From positions 7,472 through 71,471 of the forward strand of contig JAJZZH010000105.1 in NCBI GenBank assembly GCA_021797675.1: DNA of 64,000 nt. Reading direction: 5' to 3'. Of the stretch, positions 32,063 to 42,546 are shown piece by piece. The notes below the pieces were generated by a model. It had not been told where the DNA came from, did no database searches, and saw only the letters and a program-made list of their open reading frames with translations. A program made the position numbers and the translations under genes. Positions within the stretch are counted from its first letter, which is position 1. Each line of letters begins with the position of its first letter. The stretch is from Bacillota bacterium. Lineage in GTDB: Bacteria > Bacillota > Sulfobacillia > Sulfobacillales > Sulfobacillaceae.

Positions 32063-32231
32063 GGAAAGCCTCCTTCGCTATCTGTTCGTTACGATCGCTG
32101 CCTCTGGCCGGGGGGTCCAGATTCCTCCCCAGACATCTGGGCCGTAGCCGGGGGCTCTGGTTTCCCTGCCGAATCCTGGCACGCTACCGCCTACATCATA
32201 CACTGAATGGCCCAGGACGGCCAACTTCCCC

Positions 32232-33521
32232 GTGGGTTCGGCCCTTTGCTTGCTTTGGACGGGTGCGATAATATGGGGGAAGAGAGGGGAGCGAGGTGTG
32301 CAGCGTCGTTGGGCAAATATTTCTTTGGCGATCGCGTTGGCGTTCTTCTTGTTGTCGTTGGGATTTCGGCATAACCCGGTTGCCCCCTACATCCTGGCGG
32401 GGTCGTTGGCTTCGTTGGCCGGTGGCGTCGCCGACTGGTTTGCCGTAACCGCCCTGTTCCGGCATCCCCTGGGACTGACCTGGCTGCCACATACCTCCAT
32501 TATTGCCAAGAATCGCGACCGAATTATCGATGCGATCGTCGTCTTGGTGCAAAACGAATTGCTGTCGTTGGAATTCATCACCACCACCTTGAATCACTTT
32601 AATGTTGTCGATCTCTTGGTCCAATGGTTAAGGGCGGAAGGAGAATCCGAGCCGGACGTAATCCAGCGGCTGCTGCCTGAAGTGTTGGACTTGCTGCCAG
32701 TCGACCGCCTCGGCCAGATGTTGGCCGACTATTTGGACCACCAAGCCGAGAACTGGTCCGTGGCCGACATGCTGGCGGAGTGGATCAAATGGCTGATTCA
32801 ATCCGAGAAGGACCGCGACCTGTTTCGGTTTTTGGGCCGGGAGGCCCAGTCGGTGCTCAATACGGTCCAGTTCACCGAGGATCTTGAGCGGCGGTTGAAG
32901 GCGATGATTGAGCATTACAGTAAGACCACCACCAAGAAACTCCTGGTCGGCGTCTTGGAATCCTTAGGCACGATTGACTATAGGGAACTGAGTGAAAGCA
33001 TCCGCATTTATCTCATCGAATGGATGGATTCCGAGCAGGCTTTCGAGCAATTTGAGTTGGCGTTGGTTCGGATACGGCTGGGGCTCAAGGAACAGACCAA
33101 AATCCGGCACACGGCCGAAGAGATCAAGATGCACCTGGTCCATCAGATCCCCTGGGCGGACTTGCTCGAACGGGGCGTGGATCGCTTGAAGATCGCGGCC
33201 CGCGACGGATCTTTGGAGCGCGAGATCGCCCGCTGGGGTTCCGAGATCGCGGACGGGCTGGTCAGTGACCCGGCCAGACGGGAACACGTGGAAGACTTGA
33301 TCAAGGAGTTGGCGCTCGGGTTGTTGAACCGCTACCATCCCGTGATTGGGCGCCTGGTACACGACAACCTCAAGTCGATGGACGAGCGCGAATGGATCGA
33401 TAAGCTGGAATGGTATGTCGGCCGGGATTTGCAGTGGATTCGGATCAATGGTGCGCTGGTCGGGGGATTTGTGGGCCTGATCATGGAAGTGGTTTTGCGC
33501 CTCACGCACGTTGGTCTCTAG
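32232..33521 (+). CDS. DUF445-family membrane protein
   Basis: N-terminal TM helices and AVTALFRHPLGLTWLPHTSIIAKNRDRI motif; the start may be the downstream GTG. Confidence 0.55.
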   Translation: MGSALCLLWTGAIIWGKRGERGVQRRWANISLAIALAFFLLSLGFRHNPVAPYILAGSLASLAGGVADWFAVTALFRHPLGLTWLPHTSIIAKNRDRIIDAIVVLVQNELLSLEFITTTLNHFNVVDLLVQWLRAEGESEPDVIQRLLPEVLDLLPVDRLGQMLADYLDHQAENWSVADMLAEWIKWLIQSEKDRDLFRFLGREAQSVLNTVQFTEDLERRLKAMIEHYSKTTTKKLLVGVLESLGTIDYRELSESIRIYLIEWMDSEQAFEQFELALVRIRLGLKEQTKIRHTAEEIKMHLVHQIPWADLLERGVDRLKIAARDGSLEREIARWGSEIADGLVSDPARREHVEDLIKELALGLLNRYHPVIGRLVHDNLKSMDEREWIDKLEWYVGRDLQWIRINGALVGGFVGLIMEVVLRLTHVGL

Positions 33522-33532
33522 ATGCCGGCGGG

Positions 33533-34453
33533 TTAACGCCGCCGGTTGGCGTCAACCATGGCGTTGATTTCCGCTCCTACCACGAGCGCCAGGCCCGCAA
33601 AGTACAAGAAGAGCATGAGCAGGATGATGGTGGTCAGGCTGCCGTAAACCTTGCTGTAGGTTGGGAAGTGGTTCACGTAAACCGAAAAGCCCCAGGATAC
33701 GACGAACCAGAGGCCTAGCGCAGCCAGGGTGCCGGGGTTTGCCCAACGCACCGGTAGCGGCCGGTCGGGCAGCACGGCATACAAGACCGCCAGGGCCGGC
33801 CACAACACCAAGAGGACGAACAGCCAGCGCAGTGCCGCTAGCCCGGCGGGCGGGAACGTGCGATGGAGCGCAATCCAGAGCACAAAGTGGAGTCCAGTGG
33901 TTCCGAATCCGGCCAGGGCGATGACGGCGGTGAAGCAGAGGCCGGCGCTTAAGCCAGCCAGCGCGGAGAGCGCATACGTTTTCCACCACGGCCGCCGCCG
34001 GGGCAACGGCAACTCGTAGGCATGGTTCATGGCGTCAATCAACTGCCGGAAAGCCCCCGACATCCCCCATAAGAAGCCGAGTGCCCCCGCGGACAGCAAG
34101 GTCGGACGCCGGCGGACGACCAATTGTCGCCAAAAGTGAACGATAAAGGCCAATAGGGGGCGGGGCAACACCTGGGTCAGAGGACCCTGGATCAGCTGAG
34201 AGGCATCTCGGGATAGGTGCAAGAAGGCAAGGAGCGCACTTAAGAACAGCAACAGGGGCACCAGCGCAAACAGGAAGTTGAAGGCTAGCGCGGCGGCATA
34301 CGTGACCGCGTCGTCGCGGATCATGCGGTGAATCAAGCTCTGAACAAAGCGCCGGAACCGGCCGAACCATGCCGGGTCAATTCGTTGCACCGACATTCCT
34401 CCTCTTAGACGCCCGTTTTTGAAGCGAGGCCGCCATGCGTTGAGTTGCGTCAT
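33533..34453 (-). CDS. YihY/BrkB-family membrane protein
   Basis: YAAALAFNFLFALVPLLLFLSALLAFL. Confidence 0.75.
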   Translation of the reverse strand: MTQLNAWRPRFKNGRLRGGMSVQRIDPAWFGRFRRFVQSLIHRMIRDDAVTYAAALAFNFLFALVPLLLFLSALLAFLHLSRDASQLIQGPLTQVLPRPLLAFIVHFWRQLVVRRRPTLLSAGALGFLWGMSGAFRQLIDAMNHAYELPLPRRRPWWKTYALSALAGLSAGLCFTAVIALAGFGTTGLHFVLWIALHRTFPPAGLAALRWLFVLLVLWPALAVLYAVLPDRPLPVRWANPGTLAALGLWFVVSWGFSVYVNHFPTYSKVYGSLTTIILLMLFLYFAGLALVVGAEINAMVDANRRR

Positions 34454-34529
34454 TACGATTCCCGGATTATTATATACGCGATACGGGGACTTGAGCTTGA
34501 CGCCGGATGTGCGTCAGGAAAGGAGACGA

Positions 34530-34856
34530 ATGATGCCGACCGTTGACTTACAGATTACCGAAGCTGCCCAATCTGCCTTAGAGCAGTTGGGGTCGGACCG
34601 CAAAGCGGACTATGTTCGCCTAAGCGCTGGCCAGGCCTGCGGATGTGGGCGTATTGGTTATCAGATGCAATGGGAACCGACGAAGGTATCCGACGACGTC
34701 GTCGTTTCCACGCGGGGATTGGATTTGGTCATTGGCCCGGAGAGCATCGAGTATCTTCATGGCGGTCGCGTTGATTACCGCCGCGAGCAGATGCAAGAAG
34801 GGTTTGTCATCGAAAATCCCAATATTTCCACGGGCTGCAGTTGCGGGAGCCATTGA
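34530..34856 (+). CDS. Iron-sulfur cluster insertion protein (HesB/IscA/ErpA family)
   Basis: C-terminal GCSCGSH motif; RBS aggag upstream of ATG. Confidence 0.8.
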   Translation: MMPTVDLQITEAAQSALEQLGSDRKADYVRLSAGQACGCGRIGYQMQWEPTKVSDDVVVSTRGLDLVIGPESIEYLHGGRVDYRREQMQEGFVIENPNISTGCSCGSH

Positions 34857-35276
34857 TTCGCGCTGAGGCCTCATCCACCCGGTGGTAGGCAGGCGGACGA
34901 GGCGCTTGACCCGGCAAATTGCCCAGAAAGTCCCGCTCTATAGGGCGGGACTTTCCCGGCTAAAGATTGAAAGGACCTTCGCATGCCGTGCTAACAACCG
35001 CTCAAGGATCTGACACGCGGGTTTGATTCTGAGCAACCCCCGAAGCCCTACCCGCCTTCAAGAGCCGGAACGTTCGGCGCCTTAAACCCCGTACGATTTT
35101 CCTTCTCCCCGCCCTGGGTGGCCGGATTCCCCAAACTGATGCGTTCGTGCACCGAGAGCATGGCGATGCGCGGCGGTCGCCAACCGGGCGATCCGTCGGG
35201 GCGCGGGCGGAGTCACCGAGCAAGCTGGGCTAAGCTTGGCGTCAGCTTCTCGACCTCCGGCAACCCGGCGCGGCAG

Positions 35277-36500
35277 TCAAGCGACCCAGTGCGAGGTGGC
35301 AAACAGCGAGACAAAAAGCGTGCCCAGGGCCAGGGAGGCGGTGAAATAGGCCAGGCGCGCTCGCGGATAGCGATCCAGGAGAATGCCCGTGGCCACGAAA
35401 ATGGGGAACGCCTCCAAGAGCAGGCGTGGCATGGACATCAAAGGTACGCCCTGGGCGGGATAGGTCAGCGGCACCAAGAGCGCTAAACCTCCGTAAAGCC
35501 ATAGATACGTCGGCATCCAGCGCAGCGACACGATCAGCACGACGATGCCGTAAACGGCAAACCAAAAATTATAGAAATTCATCGCCACCGGTTGGGGAAT
35601 GCCGCCATGAAAGAGCGCCGCCGGGGACAGGGCGATAGACGCCGATTGGTACGCGGTCACCACTCCCTGCCACAAGGTTTGCCAAAAAAAGGCGAAGTGC
35701 CGACCCCAGTTGGATTGGGCTTGTTCGAAGACCAAGGGATAGTGAAAGAGAGGCGTCAGATACCCCATATAAAGAAGGATGCCTAAGGGAATCATCGCCA
35801 CGGGCCAAAATTTGCGCAATCGGAGGCCATGCTGACGAAAAATAACCCAGGCGAGGGGAACCGCGAGCAAAATGCCGTACATACTGACCAGCACCGCCAG
35901 CCCCCCCAGGATTCCTGCGGGCCAATAGCGGCGGGTACGAAGACAATACATGGCGCTGATGGCCAGGGCTAGAAACAATGACTCGGAATAGACGGCCTGC
36001 GTGTAAAAGGCGGTGGGAAAGAACGAAAAAGCCATCACGGTAAACCACGCCACCCGTTCTCCGAAGTCGAGGGCGGTCAGTTTATAGAGCATCCAGCAGG
36101 CGACCGCCGTAGCCGCCCAGGAGACGAGGATGCCTCCGAGGGCCGTAGAGGCGCCAAGAAAGTGAATGGCCAGCGGGTAGAGGGGAAAGAAGGCGGTTGC
36201 CGTCGGCGTTCGGTAACCGTGTTGCGCAATGGTCAGATACCATTGGCCATCCCAGTGCGACCACAGTCCGCATAGCGCGCGGTAGATGAGGTTTGACGGC
36301 ACCGGCAGGACGCCTGGGGGCGACTCTACCCACGCATGAGGCAGATAGATATAGGCCAGCCCAGCTGTTTCAGCGAAGAACACATGAGCCACAAGGTAGA
36401 CCCAGCCCACCACGGACCAGGCGGGACGAAGGTTGACTGAGCGGGTCGCCAAGGCCCCGCGGTCGGCGACGGACGGGGTGGTGCCGAATCGTTTAGCCAT
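35277..36500 (-). CDS. Polytopic membrane glycosyltransferase, PIG-V/mannosyltransferase-like
   Basis: WSHWDGQWYLTIAQHGY...AFFPLYPL motif; about 10 TM helices. Confidence 0.5.
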   Translation of the reverse strand: MAKRFGTTPSVADRGALATRSVNLRPAWSVVGWVYLVAHVFFAETAGLAYIYLPHAWVESPPGVLPVPSNLIYRALCGLWSHWDGQWYLTIAQHGYRTPTATAFFPLYPLAIHFLGASTALGGILVSWAATAVACWMLYKLTALDFGERVAWFTVMAFSFFPTAFYTQAVYSESLFLALAISAMYCLRTRRYWPAGILGGLAVLVSMYGILLAVPLAWVIFRQHGLRLRKFWPVAMIPLGILLYMGYLTPLFHYPLVFEQAQSNWGRHFAFFWQTLWQGVVTAYQSASIALSPAALFHGGIPQPVAMNFYNFWFAVYGIVVLIVSLRWMPTYLWLYGGLALLVPLTYPAQGVPLMSMPRLLLEAFPIFVATGILLDRYPRARLAYFTASLALGTLFVSLFATSHWVA

Positions 36501-37275
36501 GGCGCCTCCTCCTGAGCTGGTGATGATGCCGACGGGATTTCGGCCGCAGGGACGACAATGAGGAAAGGGTCAGCTGGTCTCCCCGCACATAGTTCCCTAA
36601 CTTGAAAAGCTGGTAAGGGGTGAGATTGGTGGAGGAGGCGGTGGCTACCCCCACCAACGAACTCGCTTCCAACGGCGTGAGTTGGGGCAAGGTGGTCATC
36701 AGTTGGTTCAGAAAGGCAAGCTCTTGCGCAGGATTGCCTCGGCCTTTCGGGTATCCCAAGATTCGCAGGGAGTGGGCGACGCTGTCCTCGGCGGGCCACG
36801 TCTGCGTGTCTTTGATCAGCACGTTCAACACGGTTTTCAAAGCGCTAACGGGCATGAAAAAGTAACGCGTAGCGGAAAATCCCGTTGATCGGTCGATGGC
36901 TTCCGAGACAATTTGCGGAGAAACCATCGATACTCCCTGCCAGGCAGGAACCCGGAGATAGCCTCCGGTGCCGTTGGGGAGGCGCAATGCCGTCTTTCCA
37001 GGGATGGGGATAACGGTCAATCTGTCGTCGCGCGGATGCACGGTGGCCAAGAATCCGATGAGTCCTGGACGACTGGTTGGCCCGTCCACGATAACCGTAA
37101 TCGCCAGCGGATTGACGGGGCTGATCGGCATTACCACGCGGCGGGTGGTAACCTTAGCGTGAAACACGAGCGAAACAACGAAGATCAGACCGCCGATACC
37201 GAGGACGAGACCTGCCAGCAATCGTTGACCGAGGGTAAATCCCATGTCCATCTGTGACAGATTTTTGAGCGCCAT
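36493..37275 (-). CDS. LytR-CpsA-Psr (LCP)-like cell-envelope protein
   Basis: Single N-terminal TM helix followed by ...TVIVDGPTSRPGLIGFLATVHPRDDRLTVIPIPGKT... resembling the LCP core. Overlaps the upstream glycosyltransferase by 8 nt. Confidence 0.4.
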   Translation of the reverse strand: MALKNLSQMDMGFTLGQRLLAGLVLGIGGLIFVVSLVFHAKVTTRRVVMPISPVNPLAITVIVDGPTSRPGLIGFLATVHPRDDRLTVIPIPGKTALRLPNGTGGYLRVPAWQGVSMVSPQIVSEAIDRSTGFSATRYFFMPVSALKTVLNVLIKDTQTWPAEDSVAHSLRILGYPKGRGNPAQELAFLNQLMTTLPQLTPLEASSLVGVATASSTNLTPYQLFKLGNYVRGDQLTLSSLSSLRPKSRRHHHQLRRRRHG

Positions 37276-37731
37276 CCGACTTCCTTTCGGTCTTGTCTGC
37301 CAGTCCGCATCCGGCGCGCCGTATTCGGCTACCGGTCTCCTGCCCGTTTGGGGATTACGCTGCTGCCCTCAGGGGTGGGGAGAATTTCGTCCGATTGAGC
37401 GGAATTCGCGTTGCGGTCCTTCGATCGTCGACCGTCCGGCTCAATCGGCGAGCCTGCCGTCGCCATAACCCCTGCCCCTCCAGACAGTGACGGAAAGGTT
37501 TCGGGCCGCGGTGCGAACGGACCGGGTGGGCGGTCAAAATTTACGGTGCCCAACGCGGCATCAGGAGCCGGCAGCATGTTTTGCGCTGCGGCGGTCGGCA
37601 TGGCTCCGGGTGGTGCACTTCGTCGATCGTACGAATCCGCGGTTCCCCCACAAGCGCCGCACGGGTAACGGCCGAGATCGGGAAAGCCTGTTCGGGGGAT
37701 CATCCCGTGATTCGGCACATACGTTATTCTA

Positions 37732-38247
37732 TCATGTTTGCGATGCAGGACCGCCTTTCGCAGACGAAGAAACCCAGCCATGGCGTTGCACAATCCTCTC
37801 CAAGAGCTTATCCAACGCCGGCTGCATCAGGGCATCGACCTCCTCGAAGCGGTCGCTGCCATAGGGATCGAAGATTTCGTCGGCCTCGGCCCGACCGGGT
37901 GTCCAGGACAATAACCGGCGGGCCTTGGGGCGGCATCCGGCCGGAAGGTCGCGGAGACGGGAACGGTCCATCACCACGATATAGTCGAAATGGTTGCAGT
38001 CATCCGGTCGAATTTGACGGGCGAGGATTTCCGACCAGGAGACGCCGGGCCGAGCCAGAACGGCCCGGGTACCCGGATGGGGCGGGCTGCCCACGTTCGA
38101 AGGACTGATCGCTCGCGACTCGACGTCGATTTGTCCGCGGAGCCCCGCTGGGGCCCCCCGGGGACGAAAGTAGGCGTGGGCCATGGGAGATCGGCAGATA
38201 TTTCCCGTGCAAACCAAGAGGACGCGAACCGTGGACTGGGTGAACAT
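37732..38247 (-). CDS. Low-molecular-weight protein-tyrosine phosphatase
   Basis: VLLVCTGNICRSPMA P-loop. Confidence 0.85.
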   Translation of the reverse strand: MFTQSTVRVLLVCTGNICRSPMAHAYFRPRGAPAGLRGQIDVESRAISPSNVGSPPHPGTRAVLARPGVSWSEILARQIRPDDCNHFDYIVVMDRSRLRDLPAGCRPKARRLLSWTPGRAEADEIFDPYGSDRFEEVDALMQPALDKLLERIVQRHGWVSSSAKGGPASQT

Positions 38248-38260
38248 GCGGCGCCGTCTC

Positions 38261-38914
38261 CTATCGCACGTGAATGCTAACCTCGCGAATGACCACCGGA
38301 TGGACCGGTTGGCTCAGTTCGCGGGTCTTGGGGTTTTTCCGGACTTTTCCTGCTGCGATTTTCTCGACGACCCGCATCCCCCGGGTGATTCGGCCTAACT
38401 CCGTGTAGTTCGGAGTCACGTTGAGGCTTTCGCTGGCGGGACCGGTGCAGATAAAGAACTGGCTGCCGTTGGTGTTCCGGTTGCCGCCGCGATTGGCCAT
38501 GGCCACAATGCCTGGCTGATACGGAAAGTGGGGGAGGCCGCCTTTCCATGAATAGCCCGGTCCTCCCGTGCCGCGGTTAAGCGGGTCACCGGTTTGGATC
38601 ATAAACGTCTTGATCACGCGAAAAAAGGTATCGCCGTTGAAAAAGTGATGCTTCGCCAAAAAGATGAAATTGTTGGTGGCGTGGGGGTCGCGTTTGGCAA
38701 ACAATGTCATCTGAAAGCGCCCTGCGGACGTAAGGAAGTCGGCGATATAGGTCTTTTGGGGGTTGATGATCATCGCCGGCGGTTTTTTCCAGCGCAAAAA
38801 CCGCCCGCTGGCGCGCACGGTGGCGCGGGGGTGGCCGCTGGCGGCCAGCCCGCATCCGGTGAAAAGTGCCAGGCCAATGGCCGCCGCGCCAGTCAACGTA
38901 ATCGGACGTTGCAA
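38261..38914 (-). CDS. Cyclophilin-type peptidyl-prolyl isomerase lipoprotein
   Basis: Lipobox LFTGCGL; FFRVIKTFMIQTGDP cyclophilin motif. Confidence 0.85.
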   Translation of the reverse strand: MQRPITLTGAAAIGLALFTGCGLAASGHPRATVRASGRFLRWKKPPAMIINPQKTYIADFLTSAGRFQMTLFAKRDPHATNNFIFLAKHHFFNGDTFFRVIKTFMIQTGDPLNRGTGGPGYSWKGGLPHFPYQPGIVAMANRGGNRNTNGSQFFICTGPASESLNVTPNYTELGRITRGMRVVEKIAAGKVRKNPKTRELSQPVHPVVIREVSIHVR

Positions 38915-39142
38915 GAATTTCTCCTACCTTCCGTTAACCTGTAACATGCAAATACCCATCCCCAGCGTGCCAAGTGGGTCTGGGCTGTTTGCCTGAATAG
39001 AGTCTTGGTTATTGTGGTTCACAACCATTTTACGAGAGTGGGGCGAATTTCCCAAGTCGGCTGGCCCGAATCCTTGCCGCGGCGCCGGCCGTAGTTTCGG
39101 TTTTTGATCGAGAAAGGGCTAGACTGAACAGGGAGGTCGAAA

Positions 39143-40123
39143 TTGATGCGGGCGATCGCGTTGACAGAATATGGCGGTCCAGAGGTGCTGAGGCTATCCG
39201 AGGTGGAAGACCCCGTCTACGGGCCGGAAGAGGTCTTGATTCGAATCCGGGCGGCGGGGGTTAACCGTGCCGACCTGCTACAGCGCGAAGGACGGTATCC
39301 ACCGCCCGCTCCGGCACCCAAGGTTGAAATTCCGGGATTGGAATGCGCGGGAGAAGTGGCCGCGGTCGGTGCGCGGGTCGGTCTATTCAGGCCCGGTCAG
39401 CGCGTGGCGGCCTTGGTCCCCGGTGGCGGCTATGCAGAAAAAGTCGCCGTTCACGAACGGTTGGTCTGGTCGGTGCCGACAGGCTTGAGCTCGACGGAAG
39501 CGGCCGCGGTGCCCGAGGCGTTCCTGACGGCCTATGACGCGCTGACCCAGCAGGCCGGATTGACGGCCGGGCAGTGGGTGCTGATCCACGCGGCCGCTGG
39601 CGGCGTGGGCTCCGCGGCGGTTCAACTCGCGACCTGGATGGGAACTCACGTGGTGGCGACGGTGGGGTCGGACGAAAAGGCGGCGTGGGTTCGCGGCCTG
39701 GGGGCGGACTACGTGGTCAACTATCGGCAGCAGACGTTCCTGGAGGTAATTCGCGCCTACACTCCGGGGATGGACGCGGTTTTGGACTTCGTCGGGCAGA
39801 CGTATTGGGAGGACAATCTCGAGAGTCTCGTACCGGGCGGCGTCTTGGTCGTGGTGGGGACGCTGTCGGGCGACCGCGTGCAGGCCCGACTGGGCGTGTT
39901 GCTCGGTCGGCGGCTCACGGTGCGGGGCACAGCCTTGCGTTCGCGCCCGCTGGAACTCCGCTTCGCCCTCGTCCAGCAGTTCGTCCGTCGGGTGCTGCCG
40001 GCGCTGGCCCAGGGGCGGCTGAAACCGCTGGTCGACGCCACCTTTCCTCTGAGCGAGGCGGCTCGGGCGCATGCCTACATGCAGGAAAATCGGGTGCAGG
40101 GAAAAATTGTGCTTACGGTATAA
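39143..40123 (+). CDS. NAD(P)H:quinone oxidoreductase (zinc-type ADH/MDR superfamily)
   Basis: Medium-chain dehydrogenase/reductase fold and AAGGVGSAAVQLA nucleotide-binding motif. Confidence 0.8.
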   Translation: MMRAIALTEYGGPEVLRLSEVEDPVYGPEEVLIRIRAAGVNRADLLQREGRYPPPAPAPKVEIPGLECAGEVAAVGARVGLFRPGQRVAALVPGGGYAEKVAVHERLVWSVPTGLSSTEAAAVPEAFLTAYDALTQQAGLTAGQWVLIHAAAGGVGSAAVQLATWMGTHVVATVGSDEKAAWVRGLGADYVVNYRQQTFLEVIRAYTPGMDAVLDFVGQTYWEDNLESLVPGGVLVVVGTLSGDRVQARLGVLLGRRLTVRGTALRSRPLELRFALVQQFVRRVLPALAQGRLKPLVDATFPLSEAARAHAYMQENRVQGKIVLTV

Positions 40124-40178
40124 TGGCTTAGCGTTAAAGTCTTGTGATGGGAAATGGGTCGCGGCGTTCCTCCGAGTT

Positions 40179-41180
40179 TCAGCGGCCCGGGGGGATGGTT
40201 AGATACGTCCGGATCCGATCCAAGACTTCAGTGAAGCCGGCTGCGCTTCGTTCGACGTCCTGCGGGATGCGGCCACCGGCGGCCCGCATGTGGCCGCCGC
40301 CGCCGAAGAGGCCGGCCATGAGTCGGGCGGCATCGACGTGCTCGTCGCTGCGCGCCGACAGCCTGCCATCTTGTTTGGCGACTACGACCAAATTGTAGCC
40401 GGTTGACAGCAGACGATGGGCCACAGGATTGATGGAGCCTTCTTCTTCGAGAAAAATGCCCGCTATCCGCAGCCCGGCCGTGGTCAGCGTCCGCACCTTG
40501 GTCAGCGTGCGTTCCACGTAGGCCGCCTCCTCCTGGATTAATCTGGCGAGCAGCCGTCCCTCGTCGGGATGGAAGGGAGCCCAGCCTTGGTCGAACCGAG
40601 TGCGGTACCACTCGAAGCCCAGATGGCGAAAGAGCCGGGCGAGATCTTGGCCAAATTCGTGCTGCGGCAACCACAGATCGTAGGCTTCGACGACGGCCAC
40701 CAGCCGGTCCCAGGCAGGCGACGGTTCAATCCATTTCCGCTCGATAGCATAGTCATAGAGCAGATGGGATCCGGCTCGTCCTACGACAATGGTCGTTTTG
40801 GGCTCCGCAGCCAAGGCGAGCGCACTGACGTGGTGGTCCAGCAACGCCGTGATATCCTGTTGTACGGTAAGCCAGGCAGCCAACGGAATCGAGACGTCGG
40901 CCAGATAAATTGGGGCCTGGGGATGCCGCCCTACCAGGTCGGTCACCGCCTCCCCGGCGCCATCCGGTTCGACAAAAATTGGCTGCAGACCGTGGGCCAG
41001 GCCAATCACCGCTGCCGTTGCGCCATCCAAACACTGCGCGTGGGTAATCAAGTAGCCATTCACCGTTGTCGCCCCCCCTGTACTGTTATTGTAATGGTTT
41101 TGGGGGACCGAGAGGAATGCGGCGCCGAAAGCGGCCGCCGCCAGATCCGAGGACTTGACCGGATGGCAGAACGATTGCAT
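40179..41180 (-). CDS. DHH-family phosphoesterase (NrnA-like oligoribonuclease/pAp phosphatase)
   Basis: ITHAQCLDGATAAVIGL, DHHVSA and GGGHMRAAGG motifs. Confidence 0.75.
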   Translation of the reverse strand: MQSFCHPVKSSDLAAAAFGAAFLSVPQNHYNNSTGGATTVNGYLITHAQCLDGATAAVIGLAHGLQPIFVEPDGAGEAVTDLVGRHPQAPIYLADVSIPLAAWLTVQQDITALLDHHVSALALAAEPKTTIVVGRAGSHLLYDYAIERKWIEPSPAWDRLVAVVEAYDLWLPQHEFGQDLARLFRHLGFEWYRTRFDQGWAPFHPDEGRLLARLIQEEAAYVERTLTKVRTLTTAGLRIAGIFLEEEGSINPVAHRLLSTGYNLVVVAKQDGRLSARSDEHVDAARLMAGLFGGGGHMRAAGGRIPQDVERSAAGFTEVLDRIRTYLTIPPGR

Positions 41181-41486
41181 GCTAAGAATAATCAAAGGTC
41201 TGGGTGGGGAAACGGCCGCACGGTGCGGAACTCCGGATTCTCCGCCGATGGCCAAGCATGGATTCCGCCGGGGGGCTGCGCCGAGTCCGGGGAAGGTCCC
41301 GACCTTGAGATTGAGGCTATACGCCAATTCGCCCGGTAGGGCGAACCCCATCGAGCGAGCACGGCCCCTGGAAGGGATCTTAAATACCCCAGCCAGGCGG
41401 TCGAGAAAGGAACCGGGAGACGGGAGTGCATCCCTCAAGGACCCGGTGGATGTTAAAATGATCCCTACAAGACAGAGGAGTGTCTC

Positions 41487-42416
41487 ATGAATTCATTGGA
41501 TAAGGTGTTGTTGAACGTGTTGGAAGCGGTAGGGAATACGCCGATGGTTCGTCTTCAGCGCATTCCTTCCGACGAAGGTGCTCAGGTGGCCCTCAAGCTG
41601 GAGTCGATGAATCCCGGCGGCAGCGCCAAGGACCGGATTGCGCTGTCGCTCATCGCCGCCGCCGAGGAGGAGGGCCGGTTGCGGCGGGGAGGAACCATCG
41701 TCGAAGCCACCGCGGGCAACACGGGGATCGCGCTGGCGATGGCGGCGGCGGTGCGTGGCTATCATGCACTCTTTTTTGTGCCCGATAAGATGAGCAGGGA
41801 TAAAATTCGGCTGCTCCAGGCGTACGGCGCCGAGGTGCGTGTCGTCAAAGACGTTCCCCGCGAGGATCCCGAGAACTATCAGAACCTGGCTCGCATGGCG
41901 GCGGAGCAAATGGACAACGCGGCTTACATGGGCCAATTCGAGCTGGCCGCCAATCCCATGGCGCACTATCGAACCACGGGACCAGAAATTTGGCGCCAGG
42001 CAGGCCACGCCCTGGCGGCGTTTGTCGCCGGCGCGGGCACCGGCGGCACGATTTCCGGCGTCGGGCAGTACCTCAAAGAACAGGACCCGTCCATCCAGAT
42101 TGTGGGTGCCGACCCGGTCGGCTCGATTTTCACCGGCCCCTTTCAGCCCTTTCGCATTGAGGGGATGGGGGAAGATTACTACCCGTCAACGCTAGACACC
42201 CGTGTCGTGGACCGCTGGGCCGCCGTATCCGACGATGAGGCATTCACCATGGCCAAACGCTTGGCCCGCGAAGAGGGGTTGCTGGTGGGCGGGTCGACGG
42301 GGGCAATGGTCGTGGTCGCCCTGCAGACGGCCGCCAAGCTGCCTCCTGACCGGCTGGTCGTGGCGTTGGCCGCGGACACGGGGAGAAACTATTTGAGCGG
42401 ATTTTTTGCCGAATAG
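41487..42416 (+). CDS. Cysteine synthase / PLP-dependent CBS-family enzyme
   Basis: NTPMVRLQRI...SMNPGGSAKDRIA PLP-lysine motif. Confidence 0.85.
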   Translation: MNSLDKVLLNVLEAVGNTPMVRLQRIPSDEGAQVALKLESMNPGGSAKDRIALSLIAAAEEEGRLRRGGTIVEATAGNTGIALAMAAAVRGYHALFFVPDKMSRDKIRLLQAYGAEVRVVKDVPREDPENYQNLARMAAEQMDNAAYMGQFELAANPMAHYRTTGPEIWRQAGHALAAFVAGAGTGGTISGVGQYLKEQDPSIQIVGADPVGSIFTGPFQPFRIEGMGEDYYPSTLDTRVVDRWAAVSDDEAFTMAKRLAREEGLLVGGSTGAMVVVALQTAAKLPPDRLVVALAADTGRNYLSGFFAE

Positions 42417-42546
42417 GCTCGGATGGGTAAGACGTCTGAGCAACGGAGATCGCCCGCAAAGTCTCGAAGAAAACCGGTCGACGCCATGGACGCGATTATG
42501 AAGGCCCGGCTCCGCCGGGTGCTCGCTTTCGGGCGATCCGTATCAG

